A DNA stretch of 63,519 nt, the filler included, from Reclinomonas americana ATCC 50394 (Eukaryota): assembly GCA_048213135.1 (NCBI GenBank). It is 6 parts of 4 records of this genome, joined end to end, with 100 filler letters (N's around TTAATTAATTAA, not from the genome) between each part and the next. Parts side by side here need not be neighbours in the genome. Positions count along the whole stretch, not along the records: positions 15,200 to 41,697 come from PS015318.1; positions 41,798 to 51,661 come from PS015318.1; positions 51,762 to 59,156 come from PS015318.1; 3 more parts are not named here. One strand, 5' to 3'. The notes below the pieces were generated by a model. It was not told the origin of the DNA. It did not search any database and was given only the letters and a program-made list of their open reading frames with translations. The stretch's first letter is position 1. Every line of letters begins with the position of its first letter. This document shows, piece after piece, positions 38,363 through 52,930 of the stretch. The translations under genes and the position numbers were made by a program.

Positions 38363-40886
38363 CTAGTAGAGGTAAGGGCAGATGGTCCACGGCACGCGCT
38401 CGCAGTAGCGCTTCCAGTCGGCACCGTACTTGCGAGCGCACTCGGCGTTGTCGCGGTGCGCGCGGTGGGTCAGGCACAACAGCAGGTAGACAAAGTAGGC
38501 GTAGCCCTGAGGAGATTCATAGTGAGTGCGAGAGTGGAACATGTCACGGAAACGGGGGTTGAACGCACGATAAAGTGAGTCGTGCACGGCATGCAGTAGG
38601 CCAGAGCCATCAGCAGGTCACCGAGGTAGTTGCACTGGGAGGAACGACGGTTAGAAGAGGGAAACGCGAACCGCGAGGGCCAAGGCATCGCTGCAACAGA
38701 CCTTGCGAGCAATTCCCCAGAAGCCGGAGATCTGCAAGAGTCCACAGTGAGGACTTGTTTCGGGGCAGATCACGACGAAAAGTGCTCTCACCAACAGCGG
38801 GGTGCCGCGCTCCGTCGGCAACACCTCAGCCGGCTTGCCCCAGATCGAGTACGGCTTGCCCTGGAACGTGGCCTCCTTGAAGTAGTGCTTCTGCGAGTTG
38901 GAGCTGTGGCAGCGACAGAGAAATGAGAGAGGGTGCTGCGCTGGGTGGAGGGAGATGTAGACGCAACGTGCGGAAGATCCAGTAGCCCAGAGTGAAAATG
39001 GCCATGTTGATGAGGATGTAGAGGCCCGACGACGACTCTGTCTGCGGAGCCAGCACCCACGCACCAATGCTGAAGTAGAACGGAATGAAGAAGTAGTCAC
39101 CCCACTGCATGATTCGGAAATGAGCAGATGGTGGGGGAAGGAAAGGATCGACAAGAGAGAAGCAACGCACCACCAGCATGAATCCGAAGCTACAAATCAT
39201 GAATAAGAAACACGTCAGCATCTGGACATCAAGAAGTGCCGCGGGCATGCAGACGTACCGCTCGGTCACAATGTCCCAGGTGGAGAGCATCTTGGGCTCG
39301 TGCCAGAAGTAGTCGACCACGTACCAGCTGCGAGGTGGGGGAAGAGAACGGAGGTAGAAGTGAGGGAAAGGCAGGGGGACGGAGACAAGGGAGGGGAGAG
39401 AGAATCCGAATGGAGATGGGCGACGAGAGAAGGGAGGGTACGGAGAGGGCGAAGATGGGCGACACGGTAGGGAGAGCTGATGAACTTAAAAGTGTGGAGA
39501 GAGCGGGGCAAAGAGAGAAGAGAGGGGGAGGGAGAAGGCGAGGTGGGAATGACGAAGGGCTGAAGAAAATAGAAGGAGAGCGAATTGGTGAATTTTGAAG
39601 GTGAAGGGATGGAGATGGGAGCGCATGGATGAAGATGGACTGGCGACGAGAGAGAAAAGAGTTGAGAACGAAGATGCAGGGCGGAAATGACGGAGAAGTT
39701 GAGGCGACAGTGAGAAAATGGAAAATGAAAGGAAGCAGATGCTTGCGTCGAGAGTCAGAGTACTGACGACTTCACAATCCCACAAGACGCAACCCCGTGG
39801 TGAACTGGTACACCATCATGTTCCACGTCAGATGGCCTGCGCGAGGAGAATGAACGATTGAGATTCAGATCGGTGCTTCACTGTGCAAACACAACACGAT
39901 CGACGCAACCGGCATCACGGTACTGAGCGCCAGCAATGGAAAAGTTGACAATCAACCAGAAGATCATGGCCGGGCGGTAGGCGAAGAACTGCAGCGAACG
40001 ACGGCAAAGTCAGTTACTGTACGAGCACACCACAGCCCACAACATCACAAGCCAAACCTTCCAGTCGAACTTCTCCGACAGACGCGGGTTCACCTCGACG
40101 CCGAACCACAGCGTGCGGAAAATGTCGAGGTCCTTCTCGCGGTCGGGAATGCCGAGATCAGCGGCCTGTGACGAGCAGCAAGGAGGCATGAGAATGCACA
40201 GAGAAAGGGGAAAGTGGCAGCTGCTCACTCCATCGCCGATAAGAATCTCAGTCGTTCGACAAGCAGCGCTCACTGAGTTTGCAGCTCACTCATTCGACAA
40301 GTAACTCATGCCCGATAAGCCGCTCACTCACACGACAAGCTGCGCTCACTCGCTCGACAAGCTGCGCCCACTCGCTCGACAAGCTGCGCCCACTCGTTCA
40401 ACAAGCTGCGCTCACTCGTTCAACAAGCTGCGCTCACTCACTCGACAAGCTGCGCTCACTCGCTCGACGAACTATGCTCACTCGCTCGATGTGCAGCTCA
40501 CTCACTTGTTATGGAACTTACTCGCTCGACAAGCTGCGCTCCCTGAGTGTGCAGCTCACTCGCTCGACAAACAGAACTCGTTCGCTCGACTAGCAGCTCA
40601 ACCCTGTCCTCCATCCCTTCCGCCCTCCTTCTCCCCCCACCCCCTCTCCCCCCTCCCCCACTCACCTCCTTGGAGTCGCGCCCACGGAGGTACAGATGCG
40701 CCGTATGCAACAGCGTCCACACTTGCACCGTAAAGAGGAAGCCGGCAATGTTATCGTAGACAATGGTCACCGGGAACAAGCCGAGACCGACAGAACCCAC
40801 AAAAAAGGCCACCACCGAGGTCACCAACAGCAAAAAGCCGTTGCATTTGTAGTCGAGGCGCTTCTTTGAGGAGCCCAGTTGCACAC
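38363..40886 (-). CDS. ERG24: Sterol reductase copy B, exons 3-13 (tandem duplicate of copy A)
   Basis: Highly similar exons and introns to copy A with the same intron positions. It lacks the 6-nt ATATCG (IS) insertion that copy A has after HEPK. Confidence 0.86.
40250..40600. repeat. Same 22-bp minisatellite, longer array, in intron 3 of copy B
   Basis: Same unit, roughly twice the array length seen in copy A. Confidence 0.85.
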
Positions 40887-40989
40887 CTGCGCGTGAGAAG
40901 ATTTCGCGGAGTCACGAAAAAAGTCCGCGCGGACATGTCCAATGCAAACTTAATCTCCTTTCGCTCTTTCTCCCTCTCTCTCTCTCACA

Positions 40990-41068
<79 letters not shown>

Positions 41069-41171
41069 TAGGTAGGTAGGTGTGTGNNNNNNNNNNNNNN
41101 NNNNNNCCGTCCTCTTCCGTCCTGTCTCTTGATCTCTTCATTTGTCGCGTGAGAGAGAGCACTGCCCGCAA

Positions 41172-41395
41172 ATGGAGTACCTCTCATACGCCGCACAGCG
41201 CGTTGCTGCAACGCTGCCAGTCGCTGTTGCGCTCACTTTATGCATTTCATTCTTGCATTTTTACGCGGGCACACTCTGATGCACCTCTCTCTCTCTCTTT
41301 CTTTCTGCGCTCTTATACACAGTTGCCCGCCTATGCCACCTTCTGGCTCTTCCTCGCCTTTGGCTCCGTGTACTTGCCCGGCAAAGTGCATCAAG
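41172..41395 (+). CDS. Exons 1-2 of sterol reductase copy B on a probably mis-oriented small contig
   Basis: MEYLSYAAQRVAATLPVA|LPAYATFWLFLAFGSVYLPGKVHQG matches copy A exons 1-2. The following (CA)n-CGT-GTGAGAGA intron sequence matches the minus strand at 40980-41080. Confidence 0.8.
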
Positions 41396-41590
41396 GTGAG
41401 AACGAACGCACACGCACACACACACGCACACACACACACGCACTCACAGAGAGAGAGAGAGAGAAGAGAGGCCTTCAGTGTTACTCCCATTCTCACTCAT
41501 GACACACACACACCCACAAGCATGTGATGTGTGAGAAAGAACAGGGAAGAGAGATGCAGTGTTCCTGCTGCACACTCACCCCTTTACACA

Positions 41591-41666
<76 letters not shown>

Positions 41667-41810
41667 GTGTGAGAGAGAGAGAGAGAGAGAGAGAGTANNN
41701 NNNNNNNNNNNNNNNNNNNNNNNNNNNNNNNNNNNNNNNNNTTAATTAATTAANNNNNNNNNNNNNNNNNNNNNNNNNNNNNNNNNNNNNNNNNNNNAAC
41801 GAAGTTCTGC

Positions 41811-41874
41811 GGATGCGGTTGAACTTGGTCATCACGCAGCTGTTGCTTGTTTGCTGGTGAATGAAATGTTGTTG
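41811..41874 (+). repeat. Dispersed copy of the foldback outer-arm sequence
   Basis: GGATGCGGTTGAACTTGGTCATCACGCAGCTGTTGCTTGTTTGCTGGTGAATGAAATGTTGTTG matches 59902-59967 with few mismatches. Confidence 0.8.
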
Positions 41875-42127
41875 AACGTAGAGGTTGGTGGGTCAACGCT
41901 GAGCCAAAGATCGATATCGACACCGCGCTCGAGCTCGATCGCGCAAAAATTGCCCGCTGCGTTCTCGTCGTCCACACACTTCCTTGCGCCTTGGCGTACC
42001 GTGCCTTGTGGTGCGCAGAGGAGATGGGATCTGGAGAGCGGCTGGCAATTTATGAGGTACCAGTACAACTGCTGTGTGATCCGCCGCTGGCTGTCACTCT
42101 GAACGCCGCCTACCATGCGTTCCTCTC

Positions 42128-45100
42128 CTACAGTGTGCGCAGCAGTTGCAGCGCAGCCGACGAAAATATACCCAGCTTGTCCGCGTTGCTGCCATCCACG
42201 TTGACGACGAGTTCGGGCACTGTGCCCTCCACTGTGTCCTCCTCCACCCATCGCACCGGCCANNNNNNNNNNNNNNNNNNNNNNNNNNNNNNNNNNNNNN
42301 NNNNNNNNNNNNNNNNNNNNNNNNNNNNNNNNNNNNNNNNNNNNNNNNNNNNNNNNNNNNNNNNNNNNNNNNNNNNNNNNNNNNNNNNNNNNNNNNNNNN
42401 NNNNNNNNNNNNNNNNNNNNNNNNNNNNNNNNNNNNNNNNNNNNNNNNNNNNNNNNNNNNNNNNNNNNNNNNNNNNNNNNNNNNNNNNNNNNNNNNNNNN
42501 NNNNNNNNNNNNNNNNNNNNNNNNNNNNNNNNNNNNNNNNNNNNNNNNNNNNNNNNNNNNNNNNNNNNNNNNNNNNNNNNNNNNNNNNNNNNNNNNNNNN
42601 NNNNNNNNNNNNNNNNNNNNNNNNNNNNCGCGCCAGGAGCCACGTTGGTCGTTTCCTGTGTAATGGAAGTGGAGTGAATACGAAGCGCTTACTCCTCCAA
42701 CCCTTCTTTTTTGTCCGCCCGCCTCACCGCCGTCCTCTTGCCCACGGCCTTCTCGTGTCCCTCGTCTGGTAACGCAAAATGCACCCGCACCAGCGCCGCA
42801 AGTGCACCCTCCGACTTCAAAGCCTCGACGAGTTCCCTTGCTACGCCGTTGAGTCGCGGATCCGTGGTCTGCACGTTCGCGACAGCCTTCTTCTTGCTCA
42901 CTGATTCACCGCCGCTGCTGGTCTTGAAAGCCACGAGAAGCAACACGAACTTGGTGGGATCGGAGGCCAGCGGCACACAGGCGACAATGTCGGGGCCATT
43001 CTTACGCCCTCCAGTCGGAAGGAGAGCAGCAAACGGCTTGCGCTGCCATACGCGCTCCGATGTCTCACCGCCATCCTTCTCCTGCGCTCGCGCCAATTCC
43101 AAGCAGCGCTGCACAAAGGCAACGGGAGTGGCGCCAGTGGCCGGCGGAATGGCATCCCGGTCGCCACGGCCCACGCCATACACGTCGTCCAGCACTGCAT
43201 GCGCCACCGCCACTCCACGGGCGAGCCGTGCCGACTCGCGCAAATCCCAGATCACAGGCCGATGCGGCTGTGACATGGGACTCGACAGGATGCTGTACAT
43301 CATCTTCGTCGGCGATGATGACTCCTCATTGTCGCAAGTGACATCGTCAGCAGACCTAATGGCGTAGGGAGGAAAGACAAATGATTCACTCTGCTGCTCC
43401 GAGAGAGAAATACGAATGTGAAACACGGCACGCAACGGCTGCAAGAAGCTGCGCGCGAGGGCGCCAGTGATGTCGCTTGAATATGGATGCCTGTCACCCT
43501 CACACAGACACACGGCTACAAACCGCTCCAGCTCGAAACCAGTTTGCGATTGTGTGCGCTGCTGGAGGAGGCTGGCCACCACCGTGGCGGCAGCGTTTCG
43601 CAGCGCACGACGAACAACGTCCATCACAAGCGGCTGAGTAGTCAGGCAAAGAGAAGCGCATAAGAAGTCGAAAAAGACAGATCCAATGCCCACGAATTCT
43701 GCCGCACCTCGCAGGAGTACAACACTCTGCCATCCCACTCGCTGTGCGGATAAGGCGACCGCGAGTTGGCCACCGACACCAGCCTGGTACCCTCGCGTGA
43801 CAGCACAAAGCAGAGACCACGCTCCACGGCATCAATGAACTCCGACGGTTCGGGGTCCTCGTCGAGAACGGCACCAAAAACAAAGTACTCGGCCTCGTAG
43901 AGTTTGCGAGCGAGCTGCACGCATGCGAGGAGATAAAGGGTATGAGACAAAAAAAGACGAACAGCGCGGAGCCAGCCGCGGACGTGGGGACGAGAAGAAC
44001 GCATTACCTGCACCAGCAATGTATAGTCAGGCAAGCGTGACGCAGAGACGAGCTGGTTCGCTAGGCTGCCCGGAATCCCGGTGTCGGTATCCTCCGTGAT
44101 GACCTCCCGAACTGCATCCGCAGACGACTTGCCATCCCACCGGAGTTGCAGGTAGCGCATCGTGAGGCGCGCGCGGCCTGCGAGAATAATGTAAGAGGGG
44201 GAGAAAGAACACAACAACAATGAGAGAAAATCGCACAATCCCTTGCTCACCTTGCATCGACGCGGCATCGGCACCGGTGCAGTCGGTGATACCGCACCGC
44301 TGGAGCACCGCCTTGACGTCATCGGTGAGCCACGGGCGCACCAGATGGCCGAGTTGATGCAGGCGATCCGGTTTGCCCGCCGTGGCCGATTCGTACGGAG
44401 CGGCATCACGCAGCGACAAGGATGTGCCAGCCATAACGCTGCCGGCGTCGTTGAGGCCGAGCAGGTAGCGCGTCACGACGCTTAACGCACTGCGGTTACT
44501 TACGCGCTGCGCGTTGAGGGAGAATGGTGAGCGAGTGAAGGGAGCAAGCGAAGAATGAAGAGGTGCTATAGAAACGCAACGTACTTGTCCTTGAAGCGAT
44601 TCTCCAGCACGCGATCAAGGGCGCCAGCCTCATCGACAGCCACAATGGGATACTCATTGGCAGTCAGCGTTGCACGCGTCAGTTGGCACAGTGCCGAGCA
44701 CAGATCAAACGGTACAAGTTCATCAAGCGAGCGCAGTGCGACAACCAACTCGCCCGTGAAGCCTTCGTCCACCACGGTTCCATGCAACTGCAGCAGGAGC
44801 CAGTGCTCGGGCGACTTCAGCAGACCGGCACTGTGCAGCACCAGCATCGTGGCAAGACGAGCCGAGAGGAGGAGCGCCAACTCGTCCATGCATGCATCTC
44901 CCAGACGATCACTGTCGGCAATCTTGCCGCCCAGTTCCTCCATAGCCCGGAGCGTCAGCTGAACCCCGCCGTCTGGCTTGCCCATCTGCCCACCGCTCAT
45001 GTCCAGAAACACACCGTAGCGGCGGCGCAGCACGTCAAACATACACTTGGTCTTGCCGGCGCCGCTCACAGTGATGAGCGAGGCCACTCGCCCATCACGT

Positions 45101-45628
45101 GCGTTCTCAAGCACAGCTGTCGCGGCAGGCGATGTGGCCAGTGGATCACCGCGATCGCCAGCGAACAGACGCCAGTCGAGCAGCGTCGGGTACGACACGA
45201 CAGTGGGCAGTGTGAGAGTGACAGCACTGCCCTGAGCCATCTCGATACTCTTGCTGGCCGATGGCGCTCCAGCGGCCAGCTCGGCAATGGGCACACTTCC
45301 TCGTCTGCCCGCCCAGATGAGCACACGAGCAGAGACGGCGTCGAGCGCGAGCGCGGCAGTCTTGTGCCGCAGAGGCAGACTCGTCAGCCATTCTGTGTGC
45401 GCACACAGAGAGAGGAGAAGAGAGAGGAGGATGACCATAAAGACACGCAGAATGAGCAGGAGGAGCAGGGGAGAGAGAGAGAGGTCAGCGTGTGAACAAC
45501 AGCCTCCTTATGCGTCACCACTCTCCTCATGCTATCACCTCTCCGTGTGTGCGTGAGTGCGAGTGTTCTCCAGTGTCACCATACACGCTCACCAGAGAAT
45601 TTACTGTGCAACTGTTGCTCCGGAGGCG
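42128..45628 (-). CDS. Crinkler/RHS-type P-loop NTPase + PD-(D/E)xK nuclease-fold protein; 5' end missing
   Basis: Walker A VSGAGKT, Walker B IVAVDEAG, then RSALSVV, MAGTSLS, GRARL, EPLV, GFELERF, and GPDIV...LLLVAFKT..VRVHFALP. Probable last exon ELVVNVDGSNADKLGIF..LRTL* at 42128-42262, across a gap; otherwise the gene ends at 42689. Confidence 0.7.
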
Positions 45629-45920
45629 CTATGAAGGGAGCGAGAGAAAGAAAGAAAGAATGAGTGAAAAAGCAACGAAGACAAACAAGCGTGGCGGGAC
45701 AACTTCCTTCACACCTCCTGCTGATGTGGAGAAATAGTTCTTCTTCACAAGAGAAANNNNNNNNNNNNNNNNNNNNNNNNNNNNNNNNNNNNNNNNNNNN
45801 NNNNNNNNNNNNNNNNNNNNNNNNNNNNNNNNNNNNNNNNNNNNNNNNNNNNNNNNNNNCCCCCTCCCGTCTCTTTCCCTCTTGCTCTTCTTCACTCACT
45901 CTCCTCTCATTGACTGTCAG

Positions 45921-47991
45921 GTGTACTGGTGGTATCGAAAGCACGATGCATTGCGCACGCGGTCGGCCCTCCTGCAGATCGCACAGGTATGATGCCGTGC
46001 TCTTGAGATGGTACTCGTTGGTTTCTTACGGCACTCTCGTTGTGAGCAGTACATTGGCGGCGGTCTCATGTCGATGGTGCTCTTTATTAATGTTTATCAA
46101 GCAGAGACGTCACCGCCGGGAGTTGTGTGCCTTGCAATCCTCGCAGTTGACGTGTATGTGGTGCTGATGTTCTGCGCATCATCACGCAGTGGCCAACTAT
46201 GCTGGAAGGGTGGCTTCTGTTGCCATTTGTACTGAATGTGATGCTGGTGAGTTTCATTCGCTGGCTATCTCGCCCGTCGCAGTCATGCTCTTTTCTCATC
46301 GTCGCGATCACGCAGCTGCGCGGGTTCCGCGTGTTCCTCGCGTGGCGCACCTCAAGAGCCGTGGTGGCCGTGGCGACGAGCAGAAGTGAGGGCACAGACT
46401 CCAAGGAGGAAGCCGCGACGAGAATGCGCGGTCGCTGGAATCAGAGATTTCGGTGAGTCCGCGCGCGGCAATCCTTTTGCTTTCAAGACTCCTCACCTCG
46501 GCGCATTTTTCCACAGCGAAAAGTACGCGCTGTTGATTTGGCTGCCGCTGCTAATGTTGCCGTTCGTGGTGCGTTGGCGACGTCGCGGCGTTCCCACCCT
46601 TCGATTCATGCCATGACATTGTTGCGCGCACAGGCCGCATTCATTGCCAACATTGCTACCGTTAAAGACTTCCCCGACGCATCCGTAGTTTGCTCCAACG
46701 TCAACACTCTGTGCGCACCACTCCGCTTTCAACAAAGCCTCAGCATCCAAGCTGCCTCAGTGGTGCGTCGTTAACATACTGGCTCTCTCACGTGCCATGT
46801 GCAGCTGCTGATGCATATTTTTCCCCCACGCAGGTTTTGTTTTTCGGTGTGATCTATCTCTTGATGTCGTGGTTTCTGCTACGCGGCGTCATGGACGCCT
46901 TTTCCATCTCCACCGAGTTGCGCGTTAAAGCGACAGTGTTTTCTTCATGGCGTTCTGCTTACCCCTTTGTTGAGCAGGATGCAAGTGATTGGCTACGCTA
47001 TTGGTCTGACGGCCGGCCCATTCGCCATTGTGCGACTGGCAGGGGATCCGTTTTCCTACGCGCAGGAAATGGTCGCCCAAATATGCATACTCGTCTTCTA
47101 CCTGGTGCGCGCAGCACACTCGTTGTCCTGCTCCTGCATGTTTTGAAGATCTCTGCGACCTGTGCGCTGACACTCGATAATCGTGCAGGTGTTGACTGTG
47201 ACTCCGCTAGCTGTGGTCTTGAGCTATTGGTTGCGCAACCGGAGACTTGCAAGCAATTCTGCGAACAGCTCCGCCATCGAGCTTAAAACGCTGAATCAGC
47301 CGATGCTCTCCACGGGCTCCTTCACTTTCCACGAGATCCTATCGACCGCTTCGGGTCGCAATGCGTTCCGCAGCTATCTCGGTGCGTTGTGGTCGGTCGT
47401 GTCACTGCACACTGTGTTGCTGCGCGATTCACTCCGCATGCACAGCCACGGAGTTCGCCGTCGAAAACCTGCAGTTTTATGAGCGTGTGCACGAGTTCAA
47501 GGAGCTCGCTGCGGTTCGTCAATCGAGACTTTTCGATCTCCTCCCCCTTGTTGATGTGCATTTTGTGCCACAGAATTATGGCAGGTTACTGGAACAGGGT
47601 CAAGGTCACGAGGCAGCTGCTGCGGCGGTGCGTCACTGTGGAGCGCAGATTGTGCGTGACTTTTTCGAGGACAATGCGCCGTTCGAGTTGAATCTGCCGG
47701 CCAGTGCGCGAATGCATGTGCTGCGTGCGGTGAAGCAGCAGGGAGATGACTTGTTTCTACAACGGACTGAAGCGAGCAGTGACAGCAAGCATGTGGGGGT
47801 TGCGGATCCGTGGCCGTGTGGTGAGGAATATAGGGAAAGGGAGTGGGTGGGGCAAGGGAGAGGGAGAGAGAGAGAGAAAGAGAAAGAGGGAAAGAGAGAG
47901 AGAAAGAGGGAAAGAGGGAAAGAGAAAGAAAAAGAGAAAGCGAAAGAGAATGCGAAGAGAAAGCGAAAGAGAATGCGAAGAGAAAGAGAAT

Positions 47992-48067
<76 letters not shown>

Positions 48068-48788
48068 CAGAGCAATGAAGAATGCTCGACAGCTGTTCGG
48101 GTCGAGGAGTGGAGAGGATTGAGGAACAGTGGAGAAAGGGTCGAGAAACGAAGCAGCGGAGAGTAGGGGCGACGAAGAGAGACAACCATGGCGGTGGACG
48201 AGATCAGGTGCAGTGCTCTGGGAGGTGTGCAGAAAATGGTAAAAATGAGATGATTGGCGGTGCAGAGAGGGCAGTTTGAGATGGGTGAGAAGCGAAGCAA
48301 GCACGGTGCTGAGGCGTTTGGTGAATATGAGGCTAGGAGAACTGCGAGAGGTGCAAGCGAAAGCAGATGCCGTGAGCGAGAGAGCAACAGTAGAAAGCTC
48401 ATTGTTTGCGAATACTGGAGGCTGAGAAGAAGAAGAAGACAGCAAGACCACAGTGGGAAGAAGGTGCAACTGAGCAGAGAAAGGAGGAAGAAAGTGGATG
48501 AGAAGGTGGGAAATAGACACGACGGGAGCGAGGCACGGCAGCATTCACTTCACTCCGTCTCACTTATCACACCACCCGCTCAGTGTTCGACGCCGCGCTG
48601 CTGTCCGTGGTCCGCCTGATGCGCTCCGACTCGTTTCCTGTTGCGTCTTGACCTTCGATGTGTGCTGGTACACGGATGGTGTTGATTGACCTTCTCCTCT
48701 TTAACAGAGGTTCCTCAAGTCACAATTGTATCGCGATCTCACCGCCGAATCGCTCGAGAGGCTCGCCATGACCGCCAATCTTCTATGA
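45921..48788 (+). CDS. 7TM-RGS protein, copy 1 (first two exons lost in gap)
   Basis: Hydrophobic helices with the VMDAFSISTE motif, followed by an RGS domain: FHEIL..GRNAFRSYLATEFAVENLQFYE..APFELNL..VFDAALLSVVRLMRSDSFPRFLKSQLY. Confidence 0.9.
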
Positions 48789-48969
48789 TTAATTGAAATG
48801 TATGTTTTAATCGTGTACGGCAGGGCGAGTGAATGACCTGTTGGCAGACGCACCACAGAACGAGTCGCAAGGACCACGTAAAAATGGGTCGGAGAATCCA
48901 TCCATCGGTGAAATCGCGCGCTCTTTTTTCTTCCTGTCTGCGAGTGCACACTCACATAGAGGAGTGTAC

Positions 48970-52629
<3,660 letters not shown>

Positions 52630-52738
52630 GTAATTGTAATGTATGCTTTATAATTGTTGTACGCAAGGGCCTTCGTGAGCTGCAGCTCGTCGGAATATCA
52701 ATCAACTAACAGGTGTTCGAATCCACGACCACTCACGC

Positions 52739-52869
52739 ATGTCTGTTGCGCCCTGTCCCACATGGGGCGATGTGCAGGCTGTTATTGCTGCATCACAGTG
52801 CCCCGATGTTGCGTGAAGAAAGATACAGACATCAATGATGATGATGTGTGTTCGGGGCGGGAATGTGCG

Positions 52870-52930
<61 letters not shown>

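Noticed and set aside
41107..41697. First two exons of sterol reductase copy B inverted relative to the rest (possible invertible switch or trans-splicing)
   Set aside because: The segment is bounded by gaps and its (CA)n end overlaps the minus-strand sequence at 40980-41080. A mis-oriented contig is the simplest explanation.
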